Positions 53,658-64,000 of a stretch of DNA of 64,000 bases are shown here, piece by piece. The position numbers and the translations under genes are program-made. Each line of letters opens with the position of its first letter. Position 1 is the first letter of the stretch. Under the pieces are notes generated by a model that was not told the DNA's origin, made no database searches, and saw nothing but the letters and a program-made list of their open reading frames with translations. The stretch lies in assembly GCF_001194135.2 (NCBI RefSeq), contig NC_068989.1:77870389-77934388 (forward strand), read 5' to 3'. This DNA is from Octopus bimaculoides (Eukaryota).

Positions 53658-55845
53658 CCCGTATATTGATATAGTTAATTTTTTTTTAATTCGTAGGCCA
53701 GTTAGTACAGGATTGAATTATTCACTGCTATACTATTCGGGCTTTTCGCGTTGGTACAGGAAATTTGAATCTATGATGCATAAAGATGGATTTGATTGCG
53801 CGCCCATTTGTTTTGTGTTCTCGGTACGTATTTCAGTTTCACAATTACGTATTTTTTCCCAGCGACCTTACTGACGAGCTACGGATGGCTAATTGATCAA
53901 TTGATTAATTTATTTATTTGGTTATTGATAGAGAAACTCATGAGTATAAGGTTTAGGGTACTTTTATGCATTATAGTGACCACAAGCAACGTTCCTTAAG
54001 AAAATATATATTTTCGTGGTTTGGGTTGTGATTGCCCCTTCTAGCATGTAAGAATTCCTAGAAACTGTCCTCTCTTTGTGTATTTATACCCTTTACTAAA
54101 TATATATATTATCTATCTATCTATCGATATACACATATATATATACACACACGCATATATATATATATATANNNNNNNNNNNNNNNNNNNNNNNNNNNNN
54201 NNNNNNNNNNNNNNNNNNNNNNNNNNNNNNNNNNNNNNNNNNNNNNNNNNNNNNNNNNNNNNNNNNNNNNNNNNNNNNNNNNNNNNNNNNNNNNNNNNNN
54301 NNNNNNNNNNNNNNNNNNNNNNNNNNNNNNNNNNNNNNNNNNNNNNNNNNNNNNNNNNNNNNNNNNNNNNNNNNNNNNNNNNNNNNNNNNNNNNNNNNNN
54401 NNNNNNNNNNNNNNNNNNTATATAATGTGTAAATAATATTTGTATACGGATGTATGAAATTTCAGACTCGTCTTCCTTACGAATAAAATCTCGGAAGGAA
54501 CGTGATGATTTGTTTAAAACCAATAAATATGGAAAACTGAATACAAAATCCGACAGGAATATTAATTTTATTTCTCATGCAGTGCCTTAATGTCTACATT
54601 TCTAATTCTTCTCTTCTTTATGAAAACTCGTGTATTCGAATCTTATCTTTAATGCTGTAAATTTTCTTATTATTGTCTCGTTTGTTTTCTCATGTCTGTA
54701 CAAATTTAATCATAAGTCCGTTTGTTGTAAAATATGTGAAAAATTTTATAGAAAATATAATTGCGATTTGAAAATATTTGCACTCTCTACAGATGAATTA
54801 GACATTCTTACTATTAAGTTAGAGAAAATAGTTTTCTTTCAGTCTCTCGTTTTCCCTCTTTTTTGCCCCTTCATTCACTCTTAATTCACCCTCCCATTCT
54901 TCCATATTTCTAAACCTGTATTTTGTAAGATTTTTCGATCTTCATAAATTATTTCCTTATTACGCTGCATTTTTGTTTCGTCTCCTTTTAACCAATGAAA
55001 GGATAATATCTGTCATACATATCTATTATGTCTCAAGCTACTGCTATCTAGTACCTTCGGATGATCTCTACTCAACCGCTACACAACTGATACTCGACTG
55101 CTATTCGACTGCTATTCAATGGCAACTCCACACTCCTACCACGGTAAAACTACCTCTGTTTATATGTCTTGGGAGATCCTACTTCTTCGCCTGGGCTGTC
55201 GAAACAACAATATCCTTACTCATATATGATGCCACTATTTTTTGTAAAATTCTGTAGCAATGTAACAATAAAACATTAATGGAGCAATAAAATAATGAAC
55301 TTTAACATCACGCATTTAACATATATTCCCGTAGATTATTCCTCATAAAGAAGTCGTTAACATTTTTAATGAATTTAACAGAGGAACATTATTTATAAGT
55401 ACACTAATTATTGAGGAGAAATTATTATTTCAGTAATTTAGTAATTATTGTCCATAAGAAGAAACAGCTCTAGATTTGAAATATTACAATTAATTAGCAA
55501 ATAAAATGTGGCTACGAGGACACTAACATGCCGATATTTGAAGGAATCTCGCAGTTCAATTGAACACCTTGAAGTTAAAACGTAGCCTATCAAACTGAAT
55601 TTCAAACATAATTTCAGCAAAATGGTCAAGGAGGAAAATAAAATTCCTGAAGTAGGGTAGCTGGAAAATGAGATATGTTTCCTATCATACAGTAATGTTC
55701 ATGTCTTACGTACTTCTTTCTCACTAAACCTCGCAAAAGCTACAAAGCATTCAAGTAAACCATTCATTGATCATGTGAACCCTTGCAACGAATTCATAAT
55801 TAACGTCGTGCTTCTAATAATAATAATACTAATACTAATAAAAAT

Positions 55846-55884
<39 letters not shown>

Positions 55885-55894
55885 AATAATAATA

Positions 55895-56030
55895 ATGCCT
55901 CGATACAGTACCAGGCAGCGGCCCTCGTGATATCTGATCTTAACTGATTGGAAGTGTTATCATGTACATTGTTTTGTTATGATATAAAAGATGAGCTACA
56001 TCAAATGTTGTGCTCAATACCACAATACGA
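55895..56030. mobile_element. Short interspersed repeat fragment adjoining (AAT)n/(AAC)n
   Basis: tgatcttaactgattggaagtgttatcatgtacattgttttg..ataaaagatgagctac..tgctcaataccac is recognised as a common octopus repeat; not verified. Confidence 0.45.
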
Positions 56031-56046
56031 AAATAAACATCACTTA

Positions 56047-56590
56047 AAAACGCAAAAAACAAGAGAAACAAATAGAAAACAGGACAGGTAACGTAAAGAA
56101 CTACCCTTCATCAGTTGCCGGTTGTCTATCTACTCCTCATTCCGAAAACTGAACGACAGTATGAATCCCTGAACACAGTTGCTCCCATAAATACCAAAAT
56201 AAATTTTGGGATTTATGGAGGGTCGATGTTGGGAACAAAAACAAGGCATACACGTGACCATCTTTCTTTTCTTCCTAAGGAATGGACGTTTTCCATCTGA
56301 CTCTTCTATCTTTTCTCTTTTCAAAGAAAATATTTCTCCAGCATTCGCTATTTTACCCTTATTCTGGTCTAACGTCTCTCCATGTTTCTTTGCATTCCTT
56401 TTTCTTGTATGTCTCCATTGTCCTGTTTTCTTCCCAACTTTTTGGTATTTATGGGAGCAACTGTCTCGGAAGACTCATATTGTTGTTCAGTGCTCGAAAT
56501 GGGGAGTAGATAGACAGCCGACAACTGATGAAGGGTCGTTCTTTGGGATACTTGTCCTTTTTTCCACTGGTTTCTCTTTTTTTTTGAGCG
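56047..56590. repeat. Inverted repeat pair of about 150 bp (possible PLE-derived termini)
   Basis: 56047-56199 is the reverse complement of 56440-56590 (ccttcatcagttg, tctatctactcc, cagttgctcccataaataccaaaa). Confidence 0.8.
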
Positions 56591-58702
56591 TCCTGTAGCC
56601 ATATATACATATGTTTATATATATATATATATATGTATATACATATATATATNNNNNNNNNNNNNNNNNNNNNNNNNNNNNNNNNNNNNNNNNNNNNNNN
56701 NNNNNNNNNNNNNNNNNNNNNNNNNNNNNNNNNNNNNNNNNNNNNNNNNNNNNNNNNNNNNNNNNNNNNNNNNNNNNNNNNNNNNNNNNNNNNNNNNNNN
56801 NNNNNNNNNNNNNNNNNNNNNNNNNNNNNNNNNNNNNNNNNNNNNNNNNNNNNNNNNNNNNNNNNNNNNNNNNNNNNNNNNNNNNNNNNNNNNNNNNNNN
56901 NNNNNNNNNNNNNNNNNNNNNNNNNNNNNNNNNNNNNNNNNNNNNNNNNNNNNNNNNNNNNNNNNNNNNNNNNNNNNNNNNNNNNNNNNNNNNNNNNNNN
57001 NNNNNNNNNNNNNNNNNNNNNNNNNNNNNNNNNNNNNNNNNNNNNNNNNNNNNNNNNNNNNNNNNNNNNNNNNNNNNNNNNNNNNNNNNNNNNNNNNNNN
57101 NNNNNNNNNNNNNNNNNNNNNNNNNNNNNNNNNNNNNNNNNNNNNNNNNNNNNNNNNNNNNNNNNNNNNNNNNNNNNNNNNNNNNNNNNNNNNNNNNNNN
57201 NNNNNNNNNNNNNNNNNNNNNNNNNNNNNNNNNNNNNNNNNNNNNNNNNNNNNNNNNNNNNNNNNNNNNNNNNNNNNNNNNNNNNNNNNNNNNNNNNNNN
57301 NNNNNNNNNNNNNNNNNNNNNNNNNNNNNNNNNNNNNNNNNNNNNNNNNNNNNNNNNNNNNNNNNNNNNNNNNNNATATATATATATATATGTGTGTATG
57401 TATGTATGTATGTATGTATGTAGGTAAATATAATAATTCAATTGACTACAAGTAAACGAATTGCTAAGCGGAGAAGAAATACATACTCTGTGAACTACCT
57501 GGAAAAGCTTTACATTGCTGAAGCCGTAATACGGAAAAAAATCCTAGGAAATGCCAATTTTCTACGTAAACGTTAAGGCGAACGGAAAAAAGAAATGTTT
57601 ATGACCAAATATATTCTAGTTCACCTTTACATTCGATAATTTACATGGAAATGTGTACACATGAATTATAGCAGAGACGTGCATATCTACAACCACACAA
57701 ATCGCACTATTACAATGCGCTACACAGGGTGATTCAATGCAATGGTAATATACCCTCTCAAAAGAAAACCGCTGTATGAATCTTAGGTATACATAGCTGT
57801 ACACAGTTGTGCAGTGAAATATCTTCAAATGGATTTAAGACTTTTCAGAAAGAAAAAAAAACAGTAAGAATTGTCCTCATCGTGAGAAGACATTTTCATC
57901 GTTTAAACTTAAAGATATAAAACATCCCTGGAAGCAAATATCATTCCTATTTTCTTGGACTTCTTTTTTTTTTGCTTTTTGGATACTTTGCAGTTCATAT
58001 TAAGTGCGTATCCAGTAGTACATAACCATTTGTATTCTAAATATACCACGGCTCATAGAACGCAACAACATCCAGCAATAACAAGCCAGTGAAAAACGAT
58101 GGACGAAACATGAAGATAGACATTATGCTACACGAATGCATATTCATAATAACTGCAAGCGTGTTGTGCAGCTGATTAATGCATTTGCACTGAACACATG
58201 ATTTTTAAGATTCTTCATGCAGTGAACAAAAATAGATTGTCAGAAAAATGAAATATTGAGCGCTACGCAATTTAGCAGTAAACCACACAGCAATAAAAAA
58301 CATTATTTGTCGAGGCTTATAAAGGAATCTGGTCATAGCCACATTAAGAATATATTTTCAAATTGTAGAATGGAGAATAACGATAGCAAGCTAACAGTAT
58401 TAATGGTTCAAAATCTTCGCACAAGGTCAGCAGTTTTAGCCGAGGGTATATCTCGATTACATTGGCCCTAGTGTTTAAAAACTGTTTATTTATTTATTGT
58501 AAATACTCCTAAACAATGAAAGACATATTCGACCCCAGCAGTATAAGTGGAGCGACATGCCGCTAAGCATACTCATGTGGCCGCCTGCTCATCGCCCGAA
58601 ACTAACATTATTACAATTACTAAAGTAATAGTAATAATGTTAGTAGTAGAAATAATTATAACAAAAGTAATGTAAACACTAATCACCGTTGCAATGCGTG
58701 TT

Positions 58703-59980
58703 GCAAATTTTGGCAGAAGTCCAGCAATTTCGGCGGTGGGGCAAGCTGATTACATCGATCCATGTGCTCAAATAGTACTTATTTTATCGACCCAGAAGGG
58801 ATGAAAGGTAAAATCAACTTCGACGGATTTTAACTCCAAATGTAAAGGCGGACGAAATGACGTTAATCATTTTGCCCAGCGTGCAAACAATCCTTCCAAC
58901 TCACTGCCTGGACGGTTAATAAGGAAAAAAAATAATGAGATTAGTTACCATAATCGTAGCAAAATTACTGGAATCTCATAATAATAATAATTATCCTTCC
59001 TACTAAAGGTACAAGCCCTGAAAGTGTGGGGCAGTCGTTAAGACGGTTACGTTGACTCCAATAATCACTTGGTACTTAAATTATCGACGCCGAGATGATG
59101 AAAGGCAAAGTCCACTTTGGCAAAGTTTAAACTCAGAACCTAGCAACAGGTGGGGGCGGGGAATGAATCGATTTCTTCGACCCCCCAGTAATTGACTGGT
59201 ACTTATCAACCCCAAAAGGATGAAAGGTAAAGTCGACCTCGGCGGAATTTGAACTCTTATCAGAGACAGGCGAAATACCGCTAGCCATTTCGTCCAGTTC
59301 ACTAAAATTTCTGCCGGCTTTTCGCCTTGATTTTAATAATGATAATAATCCATTCTACTATAGGCATAAGGCCTGGAATTTATGGGGAGGAGACAATCGT
59401 TCACATAGACCACAGTACTTGACTGGTACTTATTTTATCGGCTCCGAAAGGATGAAAGTTAAAGTCGACCTCGGTGGAATTTGAAATCAGAAGGTAGTAA
59501 CGGGCGAAATTTTGTTAAGGATTTGGTCTAGTGACCAAACGATTCTGCCAGCTCACCGCATTAATTTAAATAATAATCCTGTCTATTCGTAGCACAAGGC
59601 CTCAAATTTTGGGAAAGGGATTAAGCAGATTACATCGACTCCATTACATAACTGGTTCTTAATTTATCGATCCCGAAAGGATGAAACTCAAGGTCGACTT
59701 CATTTTACGATCTTTTCATTTTAGACAGAATCAGTTTACTCCTCCCATGTGTTTCTTCAGGATATACACGAGCATACTAATGTGGTGATCCGGTAGGATC
59801 TTTAGCATGCAAGGAAAGCTGCTTTGCGGTGTTTATTCTCCTTTTAAATTCTGAGTTGAAACACCACCGATATTTCATCATTTCGAGATCGATAAATAAG
59901 TACCAGTTGAATACCGGGGTTCGATGTAATCGACTTACACCCTACCCCTAAATTGATGGCTTTGTGCCAAAATTTAAAAC
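58703..59980. mobile_element. Cluster of six family A SINEs: five head-to-tail on the minus strand, one on the plus strand
   Basis: Minus copies at about 58703-58908, 58993-59142, 59150-59328, 59349-59562 and 59577-59700; plus copy at about 59783-59980. Most of the minus copies are separated by short TAA-rich spacers. Confidence 0.9.
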
Positions 59981-61638
59981 GCGATTATGTTTGCTGAGTA
60001 CGACTGCTGATGCAAAGAATATCCTTAGATTTTTATAAGCTCTCTTATTTTTTTTTTTTTTCATATCTCTCGCTTTATTTCGATCTCCATGCGTCGGGTT
60101 GACTCACAAATATAGGGCGGGCATTTCTACTTGTAGAAAGCCTTAGTAACTATGTTGCAGCCTCTATTAACAACATAGTGGCTACGGTAGAGGTGCATAG
60201 ATTGTTATTACTGGTGGCGGTGGAGGTGGTGCTGGCACTATTAACATTACTATGATTCGCGATGGAGACAGTAGCAAATGAGAAACGGTGTGGCTGTCTG
60301 TATTGTAAGTTAATGTTTATGCTGTTCTTAGATTTTGATCATCCCTCATTGATTAGATCTATGATCAATCGTGGTGAAGCCATTTAAATATAAAATGATA
60401 TAAGCACGTAGAAGAGATGGTGACTGGATGTTGCAACTGCAATAAATCGGTAATTTTCGAAGTTAATTTTACTACCGATTATTCTGGTCTTCTCTGCTTC
60501 TATACTTCCATCATTTGGTAAAGTTCTTCCTTTCACACATCCATCCCTATAATTTTCTACCTCAACAGTTATTTTTGTTGTAAATATATTTAAAAAAGAA
60601 AATGGCACTAAAAACAAGTTTATAACGTTTCCAAGAATAAAATTAAATAAATAATAATGTACTTCATTAGCCAAATCAATTTTAGAGAGCTATAAATTTT
60701 CTTATTTGAGTTGGATCTAATATTTTATGACGCTAGTCACTGCAAAATTCTGGTAAAATATATTCATGAAACTTTAGCAAATTGAAAAAATAATTTATTG
60801 TATTTAATGTGCAATGTTATTTATACTAATAATGTAAGACTATAATAAGTTACTGCTCAAAAAGTTATTGGCCGACATTGCTGTTGAAGAAATAAATTCT
60901 TAGACACATATATCAGCCAAAATACGTCAAATATATTGGTAGCCAAACTTACCGCAACATAAACGATTAATAAATTTCACTCCAGTTCGGCAGATGTGAA
61001 CACATTTCTACCACTAAAAAGGAAAATAAGATATTTTATTTAAAATCTCTCTACAAAAATAAATAAAAGCATTCCAATAGAACGCCATCGTCGTGAGCAG
61101 AAGTCACTGAGAAGACGCGATAATTGAAATGGATTTTTTTATGAACACGAAGTATTTTTGTGGTCGAAATCGATGATGGCCATTGCAATAATTCAGTATG
61201 CAAATTAGTATAATTTTCTCATTGATATATATTTGAAACTGATGTTTCTTTTCGATGTAATTTCAAAATGAAGACTTATGATAGATATTTGTATAAAGCG
61301 TGATGCACACATACATACTTGAAGAAATGTTATTTTAATTAAGAAAAACACAGATAATACCATTATGCTGCAAACACATATTAAAACGCATGTAAAAGAG
61401 TGTTGTGAATATGTTATAAACGGTTTAGAGATATGCAAATCGTGTTCGGGATGCTAAAAGTAAAGTATTGTATGGTGTATGTTTTCAGCTTGTTTTAATT
61501 TGTATAAACAAGAACAACATTCAAAAGTGGATGTTGGCTTCATTTATAGATAAGTAAACAATTAACATTATTATAATTCTTTATATTCTAAACACGCATT
61601 GATGCATACATGCATACATACATACATACATACATACA

Positions 61639-61671
<33 letters not shown>

Positions 61672-62320
61672 GTATTCAACTCGCTTTGAACTGACAGACA
61701 TATATGCCATTACTGATAAATCTAGGCTTGTGCAAACGTTTACGTCTAATAGTCTTGCACAACGCATCACAGGCCCTCTCTAGGCTATTGACACGATCCA
61801 GAGACAGACTTAGGCAACATGTGGGTCGTAGGCTCGGGAATGAGGAAGCACGATGATCTCAAATACAAGCAAAAGATACCAAAAATGTCCAATAACATTG
61901 TATATTCGGTTTTATATCAGAGTAACTTTCAAAAGATATACATTAATAAAAGCTGAGGAATGCTTCAATTTCGGTGGTCACACAGCGCGCCGGTAACCTG
62001 TCCGCAAGTTCTAAGTACCCATGGTATTTATAGAGTCATTGCACCTACAGAGGATTCACGCAGCCCCTGTTCTTTTTATTTAGTCAGATAACTCATGAAG
62101 TATTTTACGAGTGCTACTGATAACATAGAATCCAGTACAACATGTTGCATGGTCGGGTAGTTGGAAAACTAGCACTTGTACCGGGCTAGCCTAATGAGGA
62201 GGGTTGTTAGAAAGCCAGCTGGACTACAAATAAAACTTGTCAAAAGGTCATATGTACATACACACACAAACTCACCCGGACACAGACAAACACACACGCA
62301 CAGACAAACACAGACATATC

Positions 62321-62359
<39 letters not shown>

Positions 62360-63598
62360 GTGCATTTATCCATGTATACATATATCATTGGCATAAGATT
62401 TCAAAATACTATGTAGGAGATATACATGATCCAATCGATTACAACGCAGTTTCCTAAAATCAAGATTTTTTTAAATGCATAATTTGAATGGTTAGCTTGA
62501 ACTATTGGGATTTAAATAGGAGATTTGACGGGGACACTCTAGAAACTATATGTTATGTTTATCATTTTTGCAGTGAAGTAAGAGTTTCTAACATTGTTGA
62601 TTAAACCTAAACTAATAATTATTTTAAAATTTTTAGTGAAAGAGTTAGGCACTGCAATGCTTCATACATCTAACATCAATAAACTTGATATAGTTCATTA
62701 TATAGAAATTTATGCACAATCGTTCAAATACTGTCATTTGTATGTTCTCTAAGTAGTTTCCCAATTGAAGTTTAATGTATTTCCTACTGTGGCTTAAATT
62801 TATTTGTACATCTCATATTTCATTCATGAGAAGGGCTAAATTCTTACCCTAGGAAAACAACATAAACTTTATCTGAAATTATTTGTTCATTACCATAATT
62901 TCAATTAACAAATATATTGATGAGAATTTGGAAAGTAGACTTAACGACAAAATAATAGTGTTAATATCCAGTTAATTAATACAGCTTGAAAACGACCAGG
63001 GGGTAACACATTTTTCAGGAATTTCTGTAATGCTTATATACTAGAGAAATTTTCGTCACCAGTTAATGACAGGAAACAATAAAAATGCAATGATTTCTAA
63101 TAACGTGTCTGTCAGGCTGTAACAAGTAGGTTTGAGGCTACGAACCAATGACAACCATTTTGACTCACGGAAAAATAATTAGACCTCAACTATTCAGCTG
63201 TCTCTTTGTCCATCCTTTGGAGATCAAGTTTGGCATGTATTCAATATAACTGCATGCGATGATATAGAAATGATATATTTTGTATGTGTGTTGATAACAT
63301 AATACTATATTTACGAATATGTTCTCATTACATCGGATATTAAATAAACAATAATATTTCTATAAAGATTGACACTACGGAATAACTGACAATTAACACA
63401 TATTTTGCTAATTATTCCACTGCTGCATATCACAGTATTTTGTTTCATCTTGCAGTGGACTGTGTGACATTCCTGATTAAAAGCCTTCTGTAGTTTTTTC
63501 ACTCTTATTATCTTTTATACATCCAACCACGTGCTTTCACATACCAACTTTCTCACCTATATATATATATATATATATTTATATACACATATACAAAT

Positions 63599-63728
<130 letters not shown>

Positions 63729-64000
63729 ATATATTATATTATACAGGATCGAACAATTCACGAGAAATGATATGCTTCTCGAAAATTAATCTGCTAAGAT
63801 ATTATTAATTTTGGTATTATCCAGAATGACTATTTTAATGACTATTGAGTCCTTATACTTAAATGTACGTTGAGATATCTTATTAACCTAATCTGCTTTC
63901 CTTTGATTTCTGTAGTTATCATCAGTGTATTTTTAGCGATTTAAATAAAATCTTTCACTGTTATTTCCAGCAGGCAGACATATTTAGTATGTCCTTTGAT

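Noticed and set aside
56520-56560. Hammerhead ribozyme at ctgatgaaggg
   Set aside because: No downstream GAAA core or stem III could be drawn.
58703-59980. CRISPR-like repeat-spacer array
   Set aside because: Units are 120-210 bp diverged SINEs in eukaryotic DNA with no cas genes.
61760-62250. Possible GIY-YIG remnant (TRSRDRLRQHV)
   Set aside because: One weak motif with many stops; not enough to call.

Overview
AT-rich eukaryotic genomic DNA from a gapped short-read assembly; most N runs sit against microsatellites, mainly (TA)n. The repeat content fits a coleoid cephalopod, probably Octopus: tRNA-derived SINE families plus dense (TA)n, (CA)n, (TATG)n and (ATT)n tracts. This is recognition from memory, not a database result. 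No intact protein-coding gene, RNA gene or CRISPR array can be supported. The window is an intergenic or intronic graveyard of mobile elements. It holds at least six fragments of restriction-like-endonuclease (R4/Dong-type) non-LTR retrotransposons, several sitting in tandem inside (TAA)n tracts. It also holds two CR1-group LINE remnants, an RTE 3' end carrying three C2H2 fingers, two Tc1/mariner transposase fossils, Penelope-like terminal repeats with a degenerate hammerhead-like motif, and more than 25 SINE copies including a six-copy cluster. Two pairs of diverged duplicated unique blocks with splice-like signals, and a few isolated candidate exons, may belong to an unidentified host gene; these are unproven.
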